Shown: positions 25,201 to 38,900 of the stretch, piece by piece
Layout of the letters: each line of letters starts with the position of its first letter
How positions within the stretch are numbered: position 1 is the stretch's first letter
NCBI RefSeq assembly: GCF_009914755.1
Contig: NC_060941.1
Reading direction: 5' to 3' (one strand)
DNA: 64,000 nt
Source: the human T2T-CHM13v2.0 reference genome, Homo sapiens
Translations under genes and position numbers: made by a program
The notes under the pieces: model-generated
The model's input: the letters and a program-made list of their open reading frames with translations, nothing else
What the model was told of the DNA's origin: nothing
Database searches by the model: none

Positions 25201-27417
25201 GGGCTTTGTGGTTTGTGGTGGAAAAGGAAATATCTTCACCTAAATACTAGATAGAAGCATTCTCAGCAACTGCTTTGTGATGATTGCATTCACCTCACAG
25301 AGTTGAACATTCCTATTGATAGAGCAGTTTGGAAACACTCTTCTTGTGGAATGTGCAAGTGGAGATTTGGAGCGCTTTGAGGCCTATGGTAGTAAAGGGA
25401 ATAGCTTCATAGAAAAACTAGACAGAAGCATTCTCAGAAAATACTTTGTGATGATTGAGTTGAACTCACAGAGCTGAACATTCCTTTGGATGGAGCAGGT
25501 TTGAGACACACTTTTTGTAGAATCTACAAGTGGATATTTGGACCTCTCTGAGGATTTCGTTGGAAACGGGATAACTGCACCTAACTAAACGGAAGCATTC
25601 TCAGAAACTTCTTGGTGATGTTTGCATTCAAATCCCAGAGTTGAACCTTCCTTTGAGAGTTCAGGTTTGAAACACTCTTTTTGTAGGATCTGCAAGTGGA
25701 TATTTGGACCACTCTGTGGCCTTCGTTCGAAACGGGTACATCTTCGCATAAAATCTAGACAGAAGCCTTCTCAGAAACTTCTCTGTGATGATTGCATTCA
25801 ACTCACAGAGTTGAACCCTCCTATGGATAGAGCAGTGTTGAAACTCTCTTTTTGTGGAATCTGCAAGCGGATATGTGGACCTCTCCGAAGATGTCTTTGG
25901 AAACGGGAATATCTTCACATAAAAACTAAACAGAAGCATTCTCAGAAACTTCTCTGTGATGTTTGTGTTCAACTCCCAGAGTTTCACATTGCTTCTCATA
26001 GAGTAGTTCTGAAACATGCTTTTCGTAGTGTCTGCAAGTGGACATTTGGAGCGCTTTCAGGCCTGTGGTGGAAAACGAATTATGGTCACATAAAAACTGG
26101 AGAGAAGCATTGTCAGAAACTTCTTTGTGATGATTGCATTCAAGTCACAGAGTTGAAGGTTCCTTTTCAAAGAGCAGTTTCCAATCACTCTTTCTGTGGA
26201 ATCTGCAAGTGGATATTTGGACCTCTTTGAAGATTTCGTTGGAAACGGGAGAATCTTCACAGAAAAGCTAAACAGAAGCATTCTCAGAAACTTCTTTGTG
26301 ATGCTTGCATTCAACTCACAGAGTTGAACTTTCCTTTCGAGAGAGAAGCTTTGAAACACTCTTTTTCCAGAATCTGCAAGTGGACATTTGGAGGGCTTTG
26401 AGGCCTGTGGTGGAAAAGGAATTATCTTCCCGTAAAAGCTAGATAGAAGCATTCTCAGAAACTACTTTGTGATGATTGCATTCAAGTCACAGAGTTGAAC
26501 ATTCCCTTTGACAGAGCAGTTTGGAAACTCTCTTTGCGTAGAATCTGCAAGTGGAGATATGGACCGCTTTGAGGCCTATGGTAGTAAAGGAAATAGCTTC
26601 ATATAAAAGCTAGACAGCAGCATTCACAGAAAACTCTTGGTGACGACTGAGTTTAACTCACAGAGCTGAACATTCCTTTGGATGGAGCAGTTTCGAAACA
26701 CACTATTTGTAGAATGTGCAAGTGGATATGTGGGCCTCTCTGAGGATTTCGTTGGAAACGGGATAAACCGCACAGAACTAAACAGAAGCATTCTCAGAAC
26801 CTTCTTCGTGATGTTTGCATTCAACTCACAGTGTTGAACCTTTCTTTGATAGTTCAGGTTTGAAACGGTCTTTCTGTAGAAACTGCAAGTAGATATTTGG
26901 ACCTCTCTGAGGATTTCGTTGGAAACGGGATAAACCTCACAGAACTAAAACAGAAGCATTCTCAGAACCCTCTTCGTGATGTTTGCATTCAACTCACGGT
27001 GCTGAACCTTTCTTTGATAGTTCAGCTTTGAAACACTCTTTTTGTAGAAACTGCAAGTGGATATTTGGTCCTCTCTGAGGATTTCGTTGGAAACGGGATA
27101 AACCGCACAGAACTAAACAGAAGCATTCTCAGAACCTTCTTCGTGATGTCTGCATTCAACTCACAGTGTGGAACCTTTCTTTGATAGTTCAGGTTTGAAA
27201 CACTCTTTTTGTAGAAACTGCAAGGGGATCATTGCACTTCTTTGAGGCCTACCGTAGTAAAGGAAATAACTTCCTATAAAAAGAAGACAGAAGCTTTCTC
27301 AGAAAATTCTTTGGGATGATTGAGTTGAGCAAACAGAGCTGAACACTCCTTGCGATGTAGCAGTTTAGAAACACCCTTTCTGCAGAATCTGCAAGTGCAT
27401 ATGTGGACCTCTCTGAG

Positions 27418-29964
27418 GAATTCGTTGGAAACGGGATAATTTCAGCTGACTAAACAGAAGCAGTCTCAGAATCTTCTTTGTGATGTTTGCATTCAAATCC
27501 CAGAGTTGAACTTTCCTTTCAAAGTTCACGTTTGAAACACTCTTTTTGCAGGATCTACAAGTGGATATTTGGACCACTCTGTGTCCTTCGTTCGAAACGG
27601 GTATATCTTCACATGACATCTAGACAGAAGCATTCTCAGAAGCTTCTCTGTGATGACTGCATTCAACTCACGGAGTTGAACACTCCTTTTGAGAGCGCAG
27701 TTTTGGAACTCTCTTTCTGTGGCATCTGCAAGGGGACATGTAGACCTCTTTGAAGATTTCGTTGGAAACGGAATCATCTTCACATAAAAACTATACAGAT
27801 GCATTCTCAGGAACTTTTTGGTGATGTTTGTATTCAACTCCCAGAGTTGAACTTTCCTTTGGAAAGAGCAGCTATGAAACACTCTTTTTCTAGAATCTGC
27901 AAGTGGACGTTTGGAGGGCTTTGTGGTTTGTGGTGGAAAAGGAAATATCTTCACCTAAATACTAGATAGAAGCATTCTCAGAAACTGCTTTGTGATGATT
28001 GCATTCACCTCACAGAGTTGAACATTCCTATTGATAGAGCAGTTTGGAAACACTCTTGTTGTGGAATGTGCAAGTGGAGATTTGGAGCGCTTTGAGGCCT
28101 ATGGTAGTAAAGGGAATAGCTTCATAGAAAAACTAGACAGAAGCATTCTCAGAAAATACTTTGTGATGATTGAGTTGAACTCACAGAGCTGAACATTCCT
28201 TTGGATGGAGCAGGTTTGAGACACACTTTTTGTAGAATCTACAAGTGGATATTTGGACCTCTCTGAGGATTTCGTTGGAAACGGGATAACTGCACCTAAC
28301 TAAACGGAAGCATTCTCAGAAACTTCTTGGTGATGTTTGCATTCAAATCCCAGAGTTGAACCTTCCTTTGAGAGTTCAGGTTTGAAACACTCTTTTTGTA
28401 GGATCTGAAAGTGGATATTTGGACCACTCTGTGGCCTTCGTTCGAAACGGGTACATCTTCGAATAAAATCTAGACAGAAGCCTTCTCAGAAACTTCTCCG
28501 TGATGATTGCATTCAACTCACAGAGTTGAACCCTCCTATGGATAGAGCAGTGTTGAAACTCTCTTTTTGTGGAATCTGCAAGCGGATATGTGGACCTCTC
28601 CGAAGATGTCTTTGGAAACGGGAATATCTTCACATAAAAACTAAACAGAAGCATTCTCAGGAACTTCTCTGAGATGTTTGTGTTCAACTCCCAGAGTTTC
28701 ACATTGCTTCTCATAGAGTAGTTCTGAAACATGCTTTTCGTAGTGTCTGCAAGTGGACATTTGGAGCGCTTTCAGGCCTGTGGTGGAAAACGAATTATGG
28801 TCACATGAAAACTGGAGAGAAGCATTGTCAGAAACTTCTTTGTGATGATTGCATTCAAGTCACAGAGTTGAAGGTTCCTTTTCAAAGAGCAGTTTCCAAT
28901 CACTCTTTCTGTGGAATCTGCAAGTGGATATTTGGACCTCTTTGAAGATTTCGTTGGAAACGGGAGAATCTTCACAGAAAAGCTAAACAGAAGCATTCTC
29001 AGAAACTTCTTTGTGATGCTTGCATTCAACTCACAGAGTTGAACTTTCCTTTCGAGAGAGAAGCTTTGAAACACTCTTTTTCCAGAATCTGCAAGTGGAC
29101 ATTTGGAGGGCTTTGAGGCCTGTGGTGGAAAAGGAATTTTCTTCCCGTAAAAGCTAGATAGAAGCATTCTCAGAAACTACTTTGTGATGATTGCATTCAA
29201 GTCACAGAGTTGAACATTCCGTTTGACAGAGCAGTTTGGAAACTCTCTTTGCGTAGAATCTGCAAGTGGAGATATGGACCGCTTTGAGGCCTATGGTAGT
29301 AAAGGAAATAGCTTCATATAAAAGCTAGACAGCAGCATTCATAGAAAACTCTTGGTGACGACTGAGTTTAATTCACAGAGCTGAACATTCCATTGGATGG
29401 AGCAGTTTCGAAACACACTATTTGTAGAATGTGCAAGTGGATATGTGGGCCTCTCTGAGGATTTCGTTGGAAACGGGATAAACCGCACAGAACTAAACAG
29501 AAGCATTCTCAGAACCCTCTTCGTGATGTTTGCATTCAACTCACGGTGCTGAACCTTTCTTTGATAGTTCAGCTTTGAAACACTCTTTTTGTAGAAACTG
29601 CATGTGGATATTTGGTCCTCTCTGAGGATTTCGTTGGAAACGGGATAAACCGCACAGAACTAAACAGAAGCATTCTCAGAACCTTCTTCATGATGTCTGC
29701 ATTCAACTCACAGTGTGGAACCTTTCTTTGATAGTTCAGGTTTGAAACACTCTTTTTGTAGAAACTGCAAGGGGATCATTGCACTTCTTTGAGGCCTACT
29801 GTAGTAAAGGAAATAACTTCCTATAAAAAGAAGACAGAAGCTTTCTCAGAAAATTCTTTGGGATGATTGAGTTGAGCAAACAGAGCTGAACACTCCTTGT
29901 GATGTAGCAGTTTAGAAACACACTTTCTGCAGAATCTGCAAGTGCATATGTGGACCTCTCTGAG
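27418..29964 (+). repeat. 15-mer HOR variant U11 (2,547 bp; monomer m14 missing)
   Basis: The period 27365 to 29912 is 2,547 = 2,715 - 168. At 29491-29550 the end of m13 joins m15 directly (agaaccctcttcg...tcacggtgct), and the m14 marker gaaacggtctttctg...caagtagat is absent. Confidence 0.96.
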
Positions 29965-32900
29965 GAATTCGTTGGAAACGGGATAATTTCAGCTGACTAA
30001 ACAGAAGCAGTCTCAGAATCTTCTTTGTGATGTTTGCATTCAAATCCCAGAGTTGAACTTTCCTTTCAAAGTTCACGTTTGAAACACTCTTTTTGCAGGA
30101 TCTACAAGTGGATATTTGGACCACTCTGTGTCCTTCGTTCGAAACGGGTATATCTTCACATGACATCTAGACAGAAGCATTCTCAGAAGCTTCTCTGTGA
30201 TGACTGCATTCAACTCACGGAGTTGAACACTCCTTTTGAGAGCGCAGTTTTGGAACTCTCTTTCTGTGGCATCTGCAAGGGGACATGTAGACCTCTTTGA
30301 AGATTTCGTTGCAAACGGAATCATCTTCACATAAAAACTATACAGATGCATTCTCAGGAACTTTTTGGTGATGTTTGTATTCAACTCCCAGAGTTGAACT
30401 TTCCTTTGGAAAGAGCAGCTATGAAACACTCTTTTTCTAGAATCTGCAAGTGGACGTTTGGAGGGCTTTGTGGTTTGTGGTGGAAAAGGAAATATCTTCA
30501 CCTAAATACTAGATAGAAGCATTCTCAGAAACTGCTTTGTGATGATTGCATTCACCTCACAGAGTTGAACATTCCTATTGATAGAGCAGTTTGGAAACAC
30601 TCTTGTTGTGGAATGTGCAAGTGGAGATTTGGAGCGCTTTGAGGCCTATGGTAGTAAAGGAAATAGCTTCATAGAAAAACTAGACAGAAGCATTCTCAGA
30701 AAATACTTTGTGATGATTGAGTTGAACTCACAGAGCTGAACATTCCTTTGGATGGAGCAGGTTTGAGACACCCTTTTTGTAGAATCTACAAGTGGATATT
30801 TGGACCTCTCTGAGGATTTCGTTGGAAACGGGATAACTGCAGCTAACTAAACGGAAGCATTCTCAGAAACTTCTTGGTGATGTTTGCATTCAAATCCCAG
30901 AGTTGAACCTTCCTTTGAGAGTTCAGGTTTGAAACACTCTTTTTGTAGGATCTGCAAGTGGATATTTGGACCACTCTGTGGCCTTCGTTCGAAACGGGTA
31001 CATCTTCGAATAAAATCTAGACAGAAGCCTTCTCAGAAACTTCTCTGTGATGATTGCATTCAACTCACAGAGTTGAACCCTCCTATGGATAGAGCAGTGT
31101 TGAAACTCTCTTTTTGTGGAATCTGCAAGCGGATATGTGGACCTCTCCGAAGATGTCTTTGGAAACGGGAATATCTTCACATAAAAACTAAACAGAAGCA
31201 TTCTCAGAAACTTCTCTGTGATGTTTGTGTTCAACTCCCAGAGTTTCACATTGCTTCTCATAGAGTAGTTCTGAAACATGCTTTTCGTAGTGTCTGCAAG
31301 TGGACATTTGGAGCGCTTTCAGGCCTGTGGTGGAAAACGAATTATGGTCACATGAAAACTGGAGAGAAGCATTGTCAGAAACTTCTTTGTGATGATTGCA
31401 TTCAACTCACAGAGTTGAAGGTTCCTTTTCAAAGAGCAGTTTCCAATCACTCTTTCTGTGGAATCTGCAAGTGGATATTTGGACCTCTTTGAAGATTTCG
31501 TTGGAAACGGGAGAATCTTCACAGAAAAGCTAAACAGAAGCATTCTCAGAAACTTCTTTGTGATGCTTGCATTCAACTCACAGAGTTGAACTTTCCTTTC
31601 GAGAGAGAAGCTTTGAAACACTCTTTTTCCAGAATCTGCAAGTGGATATTTGGAGGGCTTTGAGGCCTGTGGTGGAAAAGGAATTATCTTCCCTTAAAAG
31701 CTAGATAGAAGCATTCTCAGAAACTACTTTGTGATGATTGCATTCACGTCACAGAGTTGAACATTCCCTTTGACAGAGCAGTTTGGAAACTCTCTTTGCG
31801 TAGAATCTGCAAGTGGAGATATGGACCGCTTTGAGGCCTATGGTAGTAAAGGAAATAGCTTCATATAAAAGCTAGACAGCAGCATTCACAGAAAACTCTT
31901 GGTGACGACTGAGTTTAACTCACAGAGCTGAACATTCCTTTGGATGGAGCAGTTTCGAAACACACTATTTGTAGAATGTGCAAGTGGATATGTGGGCCTC
32001 TCTGAGGATTTCGTTGGAAACGGGATAAACCGCACAGAACTAAACAGAAGCATTCTCAGAACCTTCTTCGTGATGTTTGCATTCAACTCACAGTGTTGAA
32101 CCTTTCTTTGACAGTTCAGGTTTGAAACGGTCTCTCTGTAGAAACTGCAAGTAGATATTTGGACCTCTCTGAGGATTTCGTTGGAAACGGGATAAACCGC
32201 ACAGAACTAAAACAGAAGCATTCTCAGAACCCTCTTCGTGATGTTTGCATTCAATTCACGGTGCTGAACCTTTCTTTGATAGTTCAGCTTTGAAACACTC
32301 TTTTTGTAGAAACTGCAAGTGGATATTTGGTCCTCTCTGAGGATTTCGTTGGAAACGGGATAAACCGCACAGAACTATACAGAAGCATTCTCAGAACCTT
32401 CTTCGTGATGTCTGCATTCAACTCACAGTGTGGAACCTTTCTTTGATAGTTCAGGTTTGAAACACTCTTTTTGTAGAAACTGCAAGGGGATCATTGCACT
32501 TCTTTGAGGCCTACTGTAGTAAAGAAAATAACTTCCTATAAAAAGAAGACAGAAGCTTTCTCAGAAAATTCTTTGGGATGATTGAGTTGAGCAAACAGAG
32601 CTGAACACTCCTTGTGATGTAGCAGTTTAGAAACACACTTTCTGCAGAATCTGCAAGTGCATATGTGGACCTCTCTGAGGAATTCGTTGGAAACGGGATA
32701 ATTTCAGCTGACTAAACAGAAGCAGTCTCAGAATCTTCTTTGTGATGTTTGCATTCAAATCCCAGAGTTGAACTTTCCTTTCAAAGTTCACGTTTGAAAC
32801 ACTCTTTTTGCAGGATCTACAAGTGGATATTTGGACCACTCTGTGTCCTTCGTTCGAAACGGGTATATCTTCACATGACATCTAGACAGAAGCATTCTCA

Positions 32901-35900
32901 GAAGCTTCTCTGTGATGACTGCATTCAACTCACGGAGTTGAACACTCCTTTTGAGAGCGCAGTTTTGGAACTCTCTTTCTGTGGCATCTGCAAGGGGACA
33001 TGTAGACCTCTTTGAAGATTTCGTTGCAAACGGAATCATCTTCACATAAAAACTATACAGATGCATTCTCAGGAACTTTTTGGCGATGTTTGTATTCAAT
33101 TCCCAGAGTTGAACTTTCCTTTGGAAAGAGCAGCTATGAAACACTCTTTTTCTAGAATCTGCAAGTGGACGTTTGGAGGGCTTTGTGGTTTGTGGTGGAA
33201 AAGGAAATATCTTCACCTAAATACTAGATAGAAGCATTCTCAGAAACTGCTTTGTGATGATTGCATTCACCTCACAGAGTTGAACATTCCTACTGATAGA
33301 GCAGTTTGGAAACACTCTTGTTGTGGAATGTGCAAGTGGAGATTTGGAGCGCTTTGAGGCCTATGGTAGTAAAGGAAATAGCTTCATAGAAAAACTAGAC
33401 AGAAGCATTCTCAGAAAATACTTTGTGATGATTGAGTTGAACTCACAGAGCTGAACATTCCTTTGGATGGAGCAGGTTTGAGACACCCTTTTTGTAGAAT
33501 CTACAAGTGGATATTTGGACCTCTCTGAGGATTTCGTTGGAAACGGGATAACTGCAGCTAACTAAACGGAAGCATTCTCAGAAACTTCTTGGTGATGTTT
33601 GCATTCAAATCCCAGAGTTGAACCTTCCTTTGAGAGTTCAGGTTTGAAACACTCTTTTTGTAGGATCTGCAAGTGGATATTTGGACCACTCTGTGGCCTT
33701 CGTTCGAAACGGGTACATCTTCGAATAAAATCTAGACAGAAGCCTTCTCAGAAACTTCTCTGTGATGATTGCATTCAACTCACAGAGTTGAACCCTCCTA
33801 TGGATAGAGCAGTGTTGAAACTCTCTTTTTGTGGAATCTGCAAGCGGATATGTGGACCTCTCCGAAGATGTCTTTGGAAACGGGAATATCTTCACATAAA
33901 AACTAAACAGAAGCATTCTCAGAAACTTCTCTGTGATGTTTGTGTTCAACTCCCAGAGTTTCACATTGCTTCTCATAGAGTAGTTCTGAAACATGCTTTT
34001 CGTAGTGTCTGCAAGTGGACATTTGGAGCGCTTTCAGGCCTGTGGTGGAAAACGAATTATGGTCACATGAAAACTGGAGAGAAGCATTGTCAGAAACTTC
34101 TTTGTGATGATTGCATTCAACTCACAGAGTTGAAGGTTCCTTTTCAAAGAGCAGTTTCCAATCACTCTTTCTGTGGAATCTGCAAGTGGATATTTGGACC
34201 TCTTTGAAGATTTCGTTGGAAACGGGAGAATCTTTACAGAAAAGCTAAACAGAAGCATTCTCAGAAACTTCTTTGTGATGCTTGCATTCAACTCACAGAG
34301 TTGAACTTTCCTTTCGAGAGAGAAGCTTTGAAACACTCTTTTTCCAGAATCTGCAAGTGGACATTTGGAGGGCTTTGAGGCCTGTGGTGGAAAAGGAATT
34401 ATCTTCCCTTAAAAGCTAGATAGAAGCATTCTCAGAAACTACTTTGTGATGATTGCATTCAAGTCACAGAGTTGAACATTCCCTTTGACAGAGCAGTTTG
34501 GAAACTCTCTTTACGTAGAATCTGCAAGTGGAGATATGGACCGCTTTGAGGCCTATGGTAGTAAAGGAAATAGCTTCATATAAAAGCTAGACAGCAGCAT
34601 TCACAGAAAACTCTTGGTGACGACTGAGTTTAACTCACAGAGCTGAACATTCCTTTGGATGGAGCAGTTTCGAAACACACTATTTGTAGAATGTGCAAGT
34701 GGATATGTGGGCCTCTCTGAGGATTTCGTTGGAAACGGGATAAACCGCACAGAACTAAACAGAAGCATTCTCAGAACCTTCTTCGTGATGTTTGCATTCA
34801 ACTCACAGTGTTGAACCTTTCTTTGACAGTTCAGGTTTGAAACGGTCTCTCTGTAGAAACTGCAAGTAGATATTTGGACCTCTCTGAGGATTTCGTTGGA
34901 AACGGGATAAACCGCACAGAACTAAAACAGAAGCATTCTCAGAACCCTCTTCGTGATGTTTGCATTCAATTCACGGTGCTGAACCTTTCTTTGATAGTTC
35001 AGCTTTGAAACACTCTTTTTGTAGAAACTGCAAGTGGATATTTGGTCCTCTCTGAGGATTTCGTTGGAAACGGGATAAACCGCACAGAACTATACAGAAG
35101 CATTCTCAGAACCTTCTTCGTGATGTCTGCATTCAACTCACAGTGTGGAACCTTTCTTTGATAGTTCAGGTTTGAAACACTCTTTTTGTAGAAACTGCAA
35201 GGGGATCATTGCACTCCTTTGAGGCCTACCGTAGTAAAGGAAATAACTTCCTATAAAAAGAAGACAGAAGCTTTCTCAGAAAATTCTTTGGGATGATTGA
35301 GTGGAGCAAACAGAGCTGAACACTCCTTGCGATGTAGCAGTTTAGAAACACCCTTTCTGCAGAATCTGCAAGTGCATATGTGGACCTCTCTGAGGAATTC
35401 GTTGGAAACGGGATAATTTCAGCTGACTAAACAGAAGCAGTCTCAGAATCTTCTTTGTGATGTTTGCATTCAAATCCCAGAGTTGAACTTTCCTTTCAAA
35501 GTTCACGTTTGAAATACTCTTTTTGCAGGATCTACAAGTGGATATTTGGACCACTCTGTGTCCTTCGTTCGAAACGGGTATATCTTCACATGACATCTAG
35601 ACAGAAGCATTCTCAGAAGCTTCTCTGTGATGACTGCATTCAACTCACGGAATTGAACACTCCTTTTGAGAGCGCAGTTTTGAAACTCTCTTTCTGTGGC
35701 ATCTGCAAGGGGACATGTAGACCTCTTTGAAGATTTCGTTGCAAACGGAATCATCTTCACATAAAAACTATACAGATGCATTCTCAGGAACTTTTTGGTG
35801 ATGTTTGTATTCAACTCCCAGAGTTGAACTTTCCTTTGGAAAGAGCAGCTATGAAACACTCTTTTTCTAGAATCTGCAAGTGGACGTTTGGAGGGCTTTG

Positions 35901-38900
35901 TGGTTTGTGGTGGAAAAGGAAATATCTTCACCTAAATACTAGATAGAAGCATTCTCAGAAACTGCTTTGTGATGATTGCATTCACCTCACAGAGTTGAAC
36001 ATTCCTATTGATAGAGCAGTTTGGAAACACTCTTGTTGTGGAATGTGCAAGTGGAGATTTGGAGCGCTTTGAGGCCTATGGTAGTAAAGGAAATAGCTTC
36101 ATTGAAAAACTAGACAGAAGCATTCTCAGAAAATACTTTGTGATGATTGAGTTGAACTCACAGAGCTGAACATTCCTTTGGATGGAGCAGGTTTGAGACA
36201 CACTTTTTGTAGAATCTACAAGTGGATATTTGGACCTCTCTGAGGATTTCGTTGGAAACGGGATAACTGCAGCTAACTAAACGGAAGCATTCTCAGAAAC
36301 TTCTTGGTGATGTTTGCATTCAAATCCCAGAGTTGAACCTTCCTTTGAGAGTTCAGGTTTGAAACACTCTTTTTGTAGGATCTGCAAGTGGATATTTGGA
36401 CCACTCTGTGGCCTTCGTTCGAAACGGGTACATCTTCGCATAAAATCTAGACAGAAGCCTTCTCAGAAACTTCTCTGTGATGATTGCATTCAACTCACAG
36501 AGTTGAACCCTCCTATGGATAGAGCAGTGTTGAAACTCTCTTTTTGTGGAATCTGCAAGCGGATATGTGGACCTCTCCGAAGATGTCTTTGGAAACGGGA
36601 ATATCTTCACATAAAAACTAAACAGAAGCATTCTCAGAAACTTCTCTGTGATGTTTGTGTTCAACTCCCAGAGTTTCACATTGCTTCTCATAGAGTAGTT
36701 CTGAAACATGCTTTTCGTAGTGTCTGCAAGTGGACATTTGGAGCGCTTTCAGGCCTGTGGTGGAAAACGAATTATGGTCACATGAAAACTGGAGAGAAGC
36801 ATTGTCAGAAACTTCTTTGTGATGATTGCATTCAACTCACAGAGTTGAAGGTTCCTTTTCAAAGAGCAGTTTCCAATCACTCTTTCTGTGGAATCTGCAA
36901 GTGGATATTTGGACCTCTTTGAAGATTTCGTTGGAAACGGGAGAATCTTCACAGAAAAGCTAAACAGAAGCATTCTCAGAAACTTCTTTGTGATGCTTGC
37001 ATTCAACTCACAGAGTTGAACTTTCCTTTCGAGAGAGAAGCTTTGAAACACTCTTTTTCCAGAATCTGCAAGTGGACATTTGGAGGGCTTTGAGGCCTGT
37101 GGTGGAAAAGGAATTATCTTCCCTTAAAAGCTAGATAGAAGCATTCTCAGAAACTACTTTGTGATGATTGCATTCAAGTCACAGAGTTGAACATACCCTT
37201 TGACAGAGCAGTTTGGAAACTCTCTTTGCGTAGAATCTGCAAGTGAAGATATGGACCGCTTTGAGGCCTATGGTAGTAAAGGAAATAGCTTCATATAAAA
37301 GCTAGACAGCAGCATTCACAGAAAACTCTTGGTGACGACTGAGTTTAACTCACAGAGCTGAACATTCCTTTGGATGGAGCAGTTTCAAAACACACTATTT
37401 GTAGAATGTGCAAGTGGATATGTGGGCCTCTCTGAGGATTTCGTTGGAAACGGGATAAACCGCCCAGAACTAAACAGAAGCATTCTCAGAACCTTCTTCG
37501 TGATGTTTGCATTCAACTCACAGTGTTGAACCTTTCTTTGATAGTTCAGGTTTGAAACGGTCTTTCTGTAGAAACTGCAAGTAGATATTTGGACCTCTCT
37601 GAGGATTTCGTTGGAAACGGGATAAACCGCACAGAACTAAAACAGAAGCATTCTCAGAACCCTCTTCGTGATGTTTGCATTCAATTCACGGTGCTGAACC
37701 TTTCTTTGATAGTTCAGCTTTGAAACACTCTTTTTGTAGAAACTGCAAGTGGATATTTGGTCCTCTCTGAGGATTTCGTTGGAAACGGGATAAACCGCAC
37801 AGAACTATACAGAAGCATTCTCAGAACCTTCTTCGTGATGTCTGCATTCAACTCACAGTGTGGAACCTTTCTTTGATAGTTCAGGTTTGAAACACTCTTT
37901 TTGTAGAAACTGCAAGGGGATCATTGCACTTCTTTGAGGCCTACCGTAGTAAAGGAAATAACTTCCTATAAAAAGAAGACAGAAGCTTTCTCAGAAAATT
38001 CTTTGGGATGATTGAGTGGAGCAAACAGAGCTGAACACTCCTTGCGATGTAGCAGTTTAGAAACACCCTTTCTGCAGAATCTGCAAGTGCATATGTGGAC
38101 CTCTCTGAGGAATTCGTTGGAAACGGGATAATTTCAGCTGACTAAACAGAAGCAGTCTCAGAATCTTCTTTGTGATGTTTGCATTCAAATCCCAGAGTTG
38201 AACTTTCCTTTCAAAGTTCACGTTTGAAACACTCTTTTTGCAGGATCTACAAGTGGATATTTGGACCACTCTGTGTCCTTCGTTCGAAACGGGTATATCT
38301 TCACATGACATCTAGACAGAAGCATTCTCAGAAGCTTCTCTGTGATGACTGCATTCAACTCACGGAGTTGAACACTCCTTTTGAGAGCGCAGTTTTGAAA
38401 CTCTCTTTCTGTGGCATCTGCAAGGGGACATGTAGACCTCTTTGAAGATTTCGTTGCAAACGGAATCATCTTCACATAAAAACTATACAGATGCATTCAC
38501 AGGAACTTTTTGGTGATGTTTGTATTCAACTCCCAGAGTTGAACTTTCCTTTGGAAAGAGCAGCTATGAAACACTCTTTTTCTAGAATCTGCAAGTGGAC
38601 GTTTGGAGGGCTTTGTGGTTTGTGGTGGAAAAGGAAATATCTTCACCTAAATACTAGATAGAAGCATTCTCAGAAACTGCTTTGTGATGATTGCATTCAC
38701 CTCACAGAGTTGAACATTCCTATTGATAGAGCAGTTTGGAAACACTCTTGTTGTGGAATGTGCAAGTGGAGATTTGGAGCGCTTTGAGGCCTATGGTAGT
38801 AAAGGGAATAGCTTCATAGAAAAACTAGACAGAAGCATTCTGAGAAAATACTTTGTGATGATTGAGTTGAACTCACAGAGCTGAACATTCCTTTGGATGG

